IMG/VR virus record: IMGVR_UViG_3300030331_006142 | Span: 66,654-130,653 of that record | DNA: 64,000 nt | Direction: 5' to 3' (one strand) | DNA from: a virus | Shown here: positions 17,081 to 25,102 of the stretch, one piece after another | Layout of the letters: the number at the start of each line of letters is the position of its first letter | Position numbering within the stretch: the first letter of the stretch is position 1 | Program-made: the position numbers and the translations under genes | The notes under the pieces: generated by a model | Seen by the model: the letters and a program-made list of their open reading frames with translations, nothing else | Databases searched by the model: none | What the model was told of the DNA's origin: nothing

Positions 17081-17356
17081 CTAGGGCCCTCCTATACTCT
17101 TTAGAACAAAAGCCCCAATAAGGCCAATCACAGTGGTGAACAGCGTCCAAATCATTCTGGAGCTGGTCCTCTTCCAGGATTCCAGCTCTCTTAATCTGGC
17201 ATAAAGACCCTGGTCGGGGTTATATACTGCTTCTTTTATTTTTGCAATGTGGTCTGACATTTCTTCCTGTTTGTCTTGCATGACGTCCATACCTGAGCAA
17301 ATTTTATCTAACTTGCTCTGCATTGACATCATACACACTTTGTTATCTTCTGTCAT
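17081..17356 (-). CDS. coiled-coil plus C-terminal TM protein (XhlA/holin-like)
   Basis: Coiled coil, GLYARLRELE, single C-terminal TM helix. Confidence 0.55.
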   Translation of the reverse strand: MTEDNKVCMMSMQSKLDKICSGMDVMQDKQEEMSDHIAKIKEAVYNPDQGLYARLRELESWKRTSSRMIWTLFTTVIGLIGAFVLKSIGGP

Positions 17357-17398
17357 AGTGGCGCCCTCCTTGTGACTACACTATTAAGTAGTGCCAGT

Positions 17399-18964
17399 CT
17401 AGTGGACTATGCTGTGATTAGTCAACAAAAGGGTACCGGCAACAGAGACTGCATTCTTTAATGCACATCTCGTAACCTTGGCAGGGTCAATAATGCCTGA
17501 CTCGAAAAGATTTTCTTTTTTTCCTGTTAGAAAATTGAACCCCTCCATATCTCCGCACTCACCAATTGTGATGCTTAAGACTTCTGGATTGTGCCCTGCG
17601 TTTTGAGCCATTGTGCTAAAGGGGGACTGCAAGGCCTTTTTGAAGATTCCCAAGGAAGCTGCCTGCTCTTCGTTATCAAAATCTATATCCATAGCCTGCG
17701 AAATGTGAAGCAATGTCATGCCTCCTCCCAATACAATGCCCTCTTGTTGTGCAGAGTTGACTGCCTCGAGGGCGTCCTCAATCCGATGCTTTTTTTCAAT
17801 GAGCTCTACCTCAGAATTTGCTCCAACCCTAATAATAGCAACGCCAGAAGAGAGACGAGTGATTCTGTCTTGCAGCCGTTGAGCTGCATGTAGGTCGTCA
17901 GTATCATTGATTTCATTTTTAATCTCCTCAATTCTATTCTCGACAAGTTCGTAGTCACCCTCGCCATCGACAACAGTTGTTCTGTTCTTGGCAATCTCGA
18001 TAGATGCTGCCTGGCCGAAGTCAGTAAGTGACACCTCTGTTACTTTGTGACCTAGAGACTGCTGAAAGAATTTTGCCCCTGTTGCTGTTGCAAGGTCTGA
18101 CAGGATACCTCTGCGGTCTTCTCCATAACTTGGAGCCTTGACTGCTGCCACCTTCATCGAGCCACGAATAGTGTTCATGATAAGGGCGGCGAGAGCTTGT
18201 CCCTCAATCTCATCTGCGATAATAATAAATGGTCTGCCTTCCCTTGCTGCTATCTCTAGGGCTGGGAGGATATCGTTTACTTGGTCAATCTTACTATCTG
18301 TGATAAGAAACATAGGATTGTCATACTTTGCCAAGCCTCTACGCTCATCAGTCACGAATGCTCTAGCGGCATAGCCAGACTGAAACTTGAAACCCTCAAC
18401 AAGTTCAAGCTTTGTTTCATGAGACTTTGCGTCCTCAACAGACACAGAGCCGTTCTTACCAATCTTATCTACCGCTGTTGCGATTAGGTCTCCGATAACT
18501 TTATCATTGTTGGCAGAGATAGTAGCAACGTGTCGGATATCCTCGACAGATGAGATAGGCTTTGCTAAATCAGCAATGCCCTCACAGGCGACCTCACAGC
18601 ACTTCTCCAGCCCACGTTTAATTTCGATAGGACTAACGCCACTCTCGATGTGTTTGTGAGCCTGTCGTAGCAGTTCTCGGGCTAGAATAGTGCTTGTGGT
18701 CGTGCCGTCGCCTGCTTCGGCGTTAGTCATGGCAGAAACCTGCTTTACAACTTCTGCCCCAGCATTCATAAACGGGTCTTCGAAACTCATATTCTGAGCA
18801 ACTGTGACTCCGTCTTTTGTAATGAAGGGTCTCTTATCTTTTTGCTGGATAAGAACATTTTGTCCCTTGGGGCCAAGGGTAGCCGCAACATAATCGGCAA
18901 GGGTGTTCACCCCTTCTAGGACTTTGTTGCGCAAAGCCCAGCCGTTCTCTAGTTTAGTAGTCAT
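17399..18964 (-). CDS. groEL: chaperonin GroEL
   Basis: TLGPKG, ITKDGVTVA, AGDGTTT, AVKAPSYG, GIIDPAKVTR motifs. Confidence 0.96.
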   Translation of the reverse strand: MTTKLENGWALRNKVLEGVNTLADYVAATLGPKGQNVLIQQKDKRPFITKDGVTVAQNMSFEDPFMNAGAEVVKQVSAMTNAEAGDGTTTSTILARELLRQAHKHIESGVSPIEIKRGLEKCCEVACEGIADLAKPISSVEDIRHVATISANNDKVIGDLIATAVDKIGKNGSVSVEDAKSHETKLELVEGFKFQSGYAARAFVTDERRGLAKYDNPMFLITDSKIDQVNDILPALEIAAREGRPFIIIADEIEGQALAALIMNTIRGSMKVAAVKAPSYGEDRRGILSDLATATGAKFFQQSLGHKVTEVSLTDFGQAASIEIAKNRTTVVDGEGDYELVENRIEEIKNEINDTDDLHAAQRLQDRITRLSSGVAIIRVGANSEVELIEKKHRIEDALEAVNSAQQEGIVLGGGMTLLHISQAMDIDFDNEEQAASLGIFKKALQSPFSTMAQNAGHNPEVLSITIGECGDMEGFNFLTGKKENLFESGIIDPAKVTRCALKNAVSVAGTLLLTNHSIVH

Positions 18965-18988
18965 GCAACCTCTCTTTGTTATACTACT

Positions 18989-19016
18989 ATTATAATCTAT
19001 TTTGAAAAAATGTCAA
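18989..19016 (-). promoter_or_regulatory. sigma70-type promoter
   Basis: TTGACA-16nt-TATAAT upstream of groEL. Confidence 0.7.
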
Positions 19017-19023
19017 GCGTTTT

Positions 19024-20520
19024 TTATTCAGCTGCTGACTTTTCTTCCACAGCTGATATCGCTTCGTCGGTTGCCTCTTTTAAGGATGCCAAGTCTGACC
19101 TAGCTGAGAGGGCATACTCTTTCCGGGCGTCGCCATCTGCGGTACCGATAAAGTATTTTGAAACATTTTCATTAAATCTAGCAAGAAAAGTATAAACAGG
19201 GGTTATGGTCTTTCTCATTATATCTCCATAAATAAGCCATGTTTTTTTGAGCTGCTCTTCGCCCAAGAGAACAAACGCAATCTCTCGTTCATTAGCTATA
19301 TTCTTTGCTTGCTGTGGTGTGAATTCGAATTGGGCTTGGTTTTTATATCCCGCTGTTTGACGCAAGGCATTTAAAATGTTTTCTTTATTTCCTGCCTCTA
19401 TTGCCGCCTGTACTGCGTTAAACTGCGCGGCGGACCCAAACAGCCTGGTTGCTTTTACGCTCTTTGCATAGTCCTCTTCAGAGAACCCTACTAGTGCTGT
19501 TGGTAGCTTTTCAGATGACTCTATCGCGTTCATCAGCCTTTCTCGGTCAGTACGCAGAGAATAGTTCGCTTTGCCAAGCACCTTTTCAGAAAACTTGACC
19601 TGGAAGGCTCTTTCACCTAAGTCCTCTAGGGCAGCGAGTAGCTCCTCTTTGTTTTTTACTGGTTTTGAAGTCTTTACGAACTTTTTAAACGGGTCGTAAA
19701 AAACTTGTATATAATTTTGTAGCGTGATTTCAAATTCACTGAATAAGAGACTATCAGATGCGCCAGAACCAGAGCGGCGGGCATCTAAATAAACTACGTG
19801 GTCTCTACCTCCGGCAAAGTGCTCAACCATGTTTCTCCATGAACCCTTAACAGCTGTAGTTGGATTGAGTAGCTTTAGAGAATATTCTTTATCTCCAAGC
19901 TTTACATCGGTTATTGGCTTGCCTGTTGCTTCATCATCTTCTTCCACGTCTGTAATCTGAACTGAGCCCTCACCAAACAAGCCAGCCAAAAAACCTTCGA
20001 AGATGAAGCCGCCGGCTGCTTCTGTGAACTGGGCCAAGATTGTGCTCAAAACTTCTAGGACAACCATTGTAGAAAGTATATCCCCAACAGATGCAAGTTG
20101 AACCTTACCAGTCGCGACGTTGTTGATGTGAGATAATTTCTCTTCGAGAGTGCCACCCGGGATGCCCCTTGTGAAACCCTCTATGATTTTTCTATCTTTA
20201 GATTCTGGAACGCCCCAGTCCTCTGATATTCTAAGCTTTGGTAAGCCTAGCCTTATTTCGTCAGCGGATATTTCTTCCTCTTCTTTTAGAAGCTGCTGAA
20301 CGCTTTTATTTTCATTCATGCTTCTTGAGACTTTTGAGTAATCAATTCCCGAAAATATCTCTGTAAGAGTGTTACTAAAGAAGTCGTCAGATATCAAACT
20401 TCTCTCTTTCTCTGTTAAAGTTTCATTGTATACTTCTTCAATAAGCTTAAAAAGATTGCTCTTGTTAGAGAGTATTGGTTTCTTGTTGTTTTCAGATAAG
20501 AATTCTTTGTGCCAGGTCAT
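19024..20520 (-). CDS. hypothetical protein with possible PD-(D/E)xK nuclease-like motif
   Basis: GFIFEGFLA...ITDV...YSLKLL spacing. Confidence 0.55.
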   Translation of the reverse strand: MTWHKEFLSENNKKPILSNKSNLFKLIEEVYNETLTEKERSLISDDFFSNTLTEIFSGIDYSKVSRSMNENKSVQQLLKEEEEISADEIRLGLPKLRISEDWGVPESKDRKIIEGFTRGIPGGTLEEKLSHINNVATGKVQLASVGDILSTMVVLEVLSTILAQFTEAAGGFIFEGFLAGLFGEGSVQITDVEEDDEATGKPITDVKLGDKEYSLKLLNPTTAVKGSWRNMVEHFAGGRDHVVYLDARRSGSGASDSLLFSEFEITLQNYIQVFYDPFKKFVKTSKPVKNKEELLAALEDLGERAFQVKFSEKVLGKANYSLRTDRERLMNAIESSEKLPTALVGFSEEDYAKSVKATRLFGSAAQFNAVQAAIEAGNKENILNALRQTAGYKNQAQFEFTPQQAKNIANEREIAFVLLGEEQLKKTWLIYGDIMRKTITPVYTFLARFNENVSKYFIGTADGDARKEYALSARSDLASLKEATDEAISAVEEKSAAE

Positions 20521-20540
20521 AATATATCTCCTCTATATAA

Positions 20541-21206
20541 TTAGATTATTTCGTCCGCAATACCCAAGTTTATTGCTTCTTCTGCGGAGATGTATACATC
20601 ACGTTGGGTCTTGAGCATTTTCTTGATTTTGGCTTTTGTCATTTTAGTGTAGCTGGCCAACACTTCAATATACCTGTCCTGAATCCATTTAATTTCCTCT
20701 AGTTCGTTCTCCATATTGAAGATTGTGCCTCCAGCACCGGCCATTACACTGTGGAGCATAATGCGGCAATTTTTGCCGATTTTTCTCTTTCCCTTCGTGC
20801 CGGCAGCGAGAATCGGGACGCCGGCGGACATCACTTTTCCGATGCCATGAGTGGATATATCGCAAGTGCTTTTCTTGATGGACGCCATAACATCTAAAAT
20901 GGAGAACATATCAGATGCACAACCCCCATGAGTGGAGACATACATGTTAATTGGCCTAGAAACAACAATTTCTCTACTCTCTAGGTCAGAGGGGTCTTCA
21001 AGGGTGCTGACATGCGACGTACCTTCGAGATATAGCAAGCTTGCTACCACCTCAGAGCCCTTTTGTTCGGTTATATCCCCATACAAACTTATAGTTCTAA
21101 GTTCGTGTGTTTCGGGCACGGGGGGCTGAATATTATTTATAATAACAATCTGCTCTTCTTTACTTATGCTTTTCGTTTTCTTTTTTTCTTTTGTTTTTTT
21201 GCTCAT
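20541..21206 (-). CDS. clpP: ClpP-family protease subunit
   Basis: YVSTHGG, GKVMSAG (Ser), RIMLHS (His), RDVYISAEEAINLGIADEI (Asp). Confidence 0.9.
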   Translation of the reverse strand: MSKKTKEKKKTKSISKEEQIVIINNIQPPVPETHELRTISLYGDITEQKGSEVVASLLYLEGTSHVSTLEDPSDLESREIVVSRPINMYVSTHGGCASDMFSILDVMASIKKSTCDISTHGIGKVMSAGVPILAAGTKGKRKIGKNCRIMLHSVMAGAGGTIFNMENELEEIKWIQDRYIEVLASYTKMTKAKIKKMLKTQRDVYISAEEAINLGIADEII

Positions 21207-21502
21207 GAAGCCTCTGTTGTGTTAAAGCCTTCCGCTTGGAAATGGGAAAGCAGGTTGTCTATCTCTTTTTCTGTTGTGTTTTTTTTTGCAAATATTAAAA
21301 TTTTGCTTTTTTTTCTTAAATCTACGCCCTCTGCGGATAGCAGCCAATCTCTTGTGATAAAATATTTTTCAAGCAAATCTTTGTCTTTTTTTGCTGGAAA
21401 GTCTAATTGAACCTTGCAGGATGTGGTTGATTCATCAAACCAATAGCTCAATTTTTTATTTTTAGGAACCATAACAAATGCCCTCCGGTAAATCAAAAGC
21501 AC
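21203..21502 (-). CDS. hypothetical protein
   Basis: ORF coupled to clpP. Confidence 0.5.
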   Translation of the reverse strand: MLLIYRRAFVMVPKNKKLSYWFDESTTSCKVQLDFPAKKDKDLLEKYFITRDWLLSAEGVDLRKKSKILIFAKKNTTEKEIDNLLSHFQAEGFNTTEAS

Positions 21503-21544
21503 TTGTTAATAACTATATTATCAAACTTTGTTTGGAAAATCTAT

Positions 21545-21571
21545 AAAAAAAAGCCCCATTAGGGGCTTTTT
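21545..21571 (-). terminator. intrinsic terminator
   Basis: AAAAAGCCCC-TAAT-GGGGCTTTTTTTT. Confidence 0.8.
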
Positions 21572-21592
21572 AAAATGAGTGTGTGTTTTGCC

Positions 21593-22126
21593 TTATCTTA
21601 CTCTTTCTCTGATAAGCCTTTTTGCTACTCTCTTTAAAACTTCTTGAACTATATCATCCTGCATATCGTCACTCATTTCTTCCCCTTCAGGTTCGTCCAT
21701 ATCGAGGTCCATATCCTCTTCAGCATCGAGGTCATCCTCCATATCCTCTGAGGCCATCGCCTCTTTTAGACGCTCGCCGAGGTCGATTAACAGTTGAGCT
21801 TCCTCTTCTGTTAGGCTCATATCTGCCTCCCCCAAATCCATTTCCATATCTTCGGGCTCTTCATCCTCTGGCATATCGTCCATGTCTTCGAGCTCTTCAC
21901 CGCCTTCTTCATCTTCTTCCTCTTCTTCAAAGAGGTATTCGTCGGTCGCTTCTGTGACTTCTTCTTCGACTGCTTCTGTGACTTCTTCTTCGACTGCTTC
22001 TTCGAGGTCTTTGTCTTTCTTGTTTGCTATTTCGCCAATGAAGTTGTCCGTCAGTGGGCCAACGTTTGCAAGCTTCATGAACCGGCGGATTGTATTTTCA
22101 TTTAGTAGGCTTTTATTGTCACTCAT
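21593..22126 (-). CDS. highly acidic protein (possible virion/scaffold-type)
   Basis: LLNENTIRRFMKLAN N-terminus, Glu/Asp-rich body, 24-bp tandem repeat encoding EAVEEEVT. Confidence 0.7.
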   Translation of the reverse strand: MSDNKSLLNENTIRRFMKLANVGPLTDNFIGEIANKKDKDLEEAVEEEVTEAVEEEVTEATDEYLFEEEEEDEEGGEELEDMDDMPEDEEPEDMEMDLGEADMSLTEEEAQLLIDLGERLKEAMASEDMEDDLDAEEDMDLDMDEPEGEEMSDDMQDDIVQEVLKRVAKRLIRERVR

Positions 22127-22202
22127 TTTCTAGATAATCTCCTTGTTTTCTGTAGAAAAGCATTGTAAAACACAGTAGTAAATAGTTGTGGCAAATACAA
22201 AA

Positions 22203-22409
22203 TCACTTTTTTATTCTTTTTGATAATTTCTTCAAAGCAAGCTTCTCTATTTGAGAAACCCTTACCAAGGATATGCCCAATCTTTTTGCAATCTGGTCCA
22301 ATGTCATCGAGCCGTTTTTTCTTATGGATTCGTAGATACAATTATTATCTTCTGGGTAATCTATCCAGCACCTTTCTTTGTCTTTGCAGTCGCAATGTTT
22401 ATCACTCAT
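22203..22409 (-). CDS. stand-alone sigma70 region-4 HTH protein with Cys-rich N-terminus
   Basis: MTLDQIAKRLGISLVRVSQIEKLALKKL; four Cys upstream. Confidence 0.8.
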   Translation of the reverse strand: MSDKHCDCKDKERCWIDYPEDNNCIYESIRKNGSMTLDQIAKRLGISLVRVSQIEKLALKKLSKRIKK

Positions 22410-22414
22410 AATCT

Positions 22415-22750
22415 TTATTCAAAATCCTCCTCAATTATATCATATAAAAAGCTTTCTTCTTCAGTAGACAAAGCTAAATCTGAAAGAATCTCTTGGCCAA
22501 GGTTATAATCCCTTTGTGTGGCTTTGCGTTTTCTCTTCCCCATTGTGCTGCATTTTTGTTTAATTTTGTTTACAGCTAACAAAACATTTTCATCTTTCTC
22601 CAAGTAAAGCTTAACAATTCCTCGAAAAAAATCACCTTGCGTAATGGAGTCGTATCGCAAGCGAACAATCATTCTTGCGTGATTCTCGTCATCACTCTCA
22701 AAAACAATTTTTTTACTTTTCATTTCTGAGGATGTGAGTACTACTTTCAA
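22415..22750 (-). CDS. hypothetical protein (possible DNA-binding)
   Basis: ORF between guaB and the sigma-r4 gene. Confidence 0.55.
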   Translation of the reverse strand: MKVVLTSSEMKSKKIVFESDDENHARMIVRLRYDSITQGDFFRGIVKLYLEKDENVLLAVNKIKQKCSTMGKRKRKATQRDYNLGQEILSDLALSTEEESFLYDIIEEDFE

Positions 22751-23759
22751 CCTGGCCGGCGTTGCTCTGCTTTATGAACCGAGCTCGGACTTGGAGCTCT
22801 CGAATACTCCTAGCTCCAGAGTAAGAAAGCCCAGATTTCACATTTCTGGCCACCTTGTCCAACAACTCCTCTATGGGACCCTTGTATTGTACAGTTGTTG
22901 ATACACCTTCTAAAGAACGCGCATTTCCCCTCCAAGCAATCTGAGCTTCTGGTGAGGCCATTCCTCTGTAGACCTTATATTTATTACTCTCTGAAGTGTT
23001 CAGCACTTCACCCGGGGTTGCATCTGTGCCTGCTAACATTGAACCCAGCATTACGAAGTCGGCGCCGGCGCCAAGGGCCTTGACGATGTCCCCGGAATTC
23101 TTTATGCCGCCGTCGGCAATAATGGTCGCACCATCAACCAATGAGCAATCCAAAATGGATTGGAAGGTAGGCACTCCGTGCCCTGTCTGAATTCTGGTTG
23201 AGCATATGGAGCCTCCGCCGATTCCAATCCGAACTGCATCGGCGCCCCAAGATGACAGTTCCATGTATGCTTCGGGTGTTGCAACGTTGCCCGCCATAAT
23301 AAGCACGTCTTCGCCGTAGGAGTCCTTAAGAGTTTTTAGTGCTGACTCTACCAATGTGTGGTGACCATGCGCGACGTCAATACACAAGATTCTTACACCG
23401 GCAGAAATTAGGAGTTTAGCTCTTTTAAGGTAATCGTCAGTGGTACCAATAGCTGCCGATAGTCGCTCTGAGTAAGGATGTGACTCTTCTTCAAGTCTCA
23501 TCTTGACGGATGCGAACGTACTTGCTTGAGATACCGGCAAGTTGTACCTATGCAATATGCCTAGGCCATTAAGTTTGGCCATGGCGTACATCATCTCCGA
23601 TTCTGTCACGGTGTCCATTGGGCTAGATATAATTGGCAAGGCGAATTCGCAGTCTCCAATACTAGATGCCAAAGACACTTCTTCTCTTGTATTTATCGAG
23701 CTTTTCTGTGGCTCAAGCAACACATCATCAAAACAATGAGCCTGTTTAATTTTTAACAT
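22713..23759 (-). CDS. guaB: IMP dehydrogenase/GMP reductase family (no CBS domains)
   Basis: FDDVLL, SSPMDTVTE, IDVAHGH, GIGGGSICSTR, IADGG, YRGMAS motifs. Confidence 0.88.
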   Translation of the reverse strand: MLKIKQAHCFDDVLLEPQKSSINTREEVSLASSIGDCEFALPIISSPMDTVTESEMMYAMAKLNGLGILHRYNLPVSQASTFASVKMRLEEESHPYSERLSAAIGTTDDYLKRAKLLISAGVRILCIDVAHGHHTLVESALKTLKDSYGEDVLIMAGNVATPEAYMELSSWGADAVRIGIGGGSICSTRIQTGHGVPTFQSILDCSLVDGATIIADGGIKNSGDIVKALGAGADFVMLGSMLAGTDATPGEVLNTSESNKYKVYRGMASPEAQIAWRGNARSLEGVSTTVQYKGPIEELLDKVARNVKSGLSYSGARSIRELQVRARFIKQSNAGQVESSTHILRNEK

Positions 23760-23760
23760 T

Positions 23761-23991
23761 TTAGGATTCTCCCTCTGTTCCATCTAAGCAATTAAGGCAC
23801 TTCAAAAGTATACTGTCATCTTTTTTTGTCATGTGCCATTCATCTATATTCTCTCCGGGTAAGGGCTGATATCCACAATAAGCACACTGAACCCTGTCTT
23901 TGTACTCTTTCATTCTTTTTTTGAATTCTTTCATAAAAGCTTTTTTCGCAAAAAGAAGCTGCTTTCTCTTAACTTTTCTCGCAATACCCAT
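23761..23991 (-). CDS. small zinc-finger-like protein
   Basis: CAYC...CLNC; basic N-terminus. Confidence 0.6.
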   Translation of the reverse strand: MGIARKVKRKQLLFAKKAFMKEFKKRMKEYKDRVQCAYCGYQPLPGENIDEWHMTKKDDSILLKCLNCLDGTEGES

Positions 23992-24446
23992 TATGTGTTC
24001 CCTGTTGAGCCCAAGGCGCCCGCGCCCCTATCAGTGGCTCCGCCGTATAGTTCTTCGGCCGTGGTGACCTCCAATAAAGCAGGACTCTCTATCTTAATAA
24101 ATACTCCTTGGGCCACTTTATGTCCCGGATGAATAATTTGTATCTCTGAGCCAATGTTATGGAGGTTAACAAATATCTCCCCTGTATAGCCTTCGTCCAC
24201 AACGCAGGCGCCTGCGATGAGCGAGCGTTTCGAAGCAATTCCAGACTTATTCATAACCTGCAGCATGCAGCCCCGGGGGACCTCCATTTTTAACCCTGTT
24301 GGAAGTAGTCGCGACTCTCCAGGGGAAATTGTCACACTATCTTCAGAATCTGGACAATAAAAAAAGTCCATGCCTGCATCTGTCCTATGAGCCCGGGTGG
24401 GTAACTTGGCTGTCGCTCGAACCCTGTAAACCTTAACTTTATTCAC
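23991..24446 (-). CDS. dut: trimeric dUTPase
   Basis: AGMD, KSG, VVDEGYTGE, VAQ, RGAGALGSTG motifs. Confidence 0.93.
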   Translation of the reverse strand: MNKVKVYRVRATAKLPTRAHRTDAGMDFFYCPDSEDSVTISPGESRLLPTGLKMEVPRGCMLQVMNKSGIASKRSLIAGACVVDEGYTGEIFVNLHNIGSEIQIIHPGHKVAQGVFIKIESPALLEVTTAEELYGGATDRGAGALGSTGNT

Positions 24447-24447
24447 T

Positions 24448-25092
24448 TTAACACACCTCTCTATTAATTAAATCACTTTCTTTTATAAGGGTGTAAGTAA
24501 AACTGTTCCCCCACTTGTCTGCGGCCTTTTCACAGGTTTCCATAAATTCATAAAAATCCCGACTGCTTTGAAACACTTGGCAGCCAGCTGAGACGCCCCC
24601 AGTGTTAATTCTGGCATCTGAGCCAAACTGCCTATGAATATTAATACCAAACCAACCTTCTTCTTCCGGGGCGTGATAATCTGGGACTGCGTCTCTGTTA
24701 TTATCTCTTACAACCCTGACCTTTGCACCGCGCTGAATGAGTGCTGTATATTTTCTCTTGCCGTTGTGAAGGCCAATCTTGTACGTTGAACGATACTGGT
24801 CTGGTACGAGTATTGCTGTGCCTTTGTGCCGGACTGATTTGATTGGGTTCTTCAGGATGCTTGTCCCCGGCTCAGTAGTTGCTGGATATATATCACACAC
24901 CCAATTGCCATTCACTTTATAGAAAACATTCAGGAAGTCGTCAAACTTTGAAGCATCTCCTGATTCATTCCTGACTCCTACGATATTCAGGTTATAATTT
25001 CCATTCTCAAAAAAAGCATACCCCTTTTGAGAGAAAGCTTTCTTATATTGTTCTACCATAACTTTGGCAGAAAGTCCAGTTAATTTAGCCAT
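24448..25092 (-). CDS. L,D-transpeptidase (YkuD)-like peptidoglycan enzyme / putative endolysin
   Basis: LNIVGVR, TTEPG, GINIH...SAGCQV (His/Cys catalytic motif). Confidence 0.65.
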   Translation of the reverse strand: MAKLTGLSAKVMVEQYKKAFSQKGYAFFENGNYNLNIVGVRNESGDASKFDDFLNVFYKVNGNWVCDIYPATTEPGTSILKNPIKSVRHKGTAILVPDQYRSTYKIGLHNGKRKYTALIQRGAKVRVVRDNNRDAVPDYHAPEEEGWFGINIHRQFGSDARINTGGVSAGCQVFQSSRDFYEFMETCEKAADKWGNSFTYTLIKESDLINREVC

Positions 25093-25102
25093 TTTTATTC
25101 TC

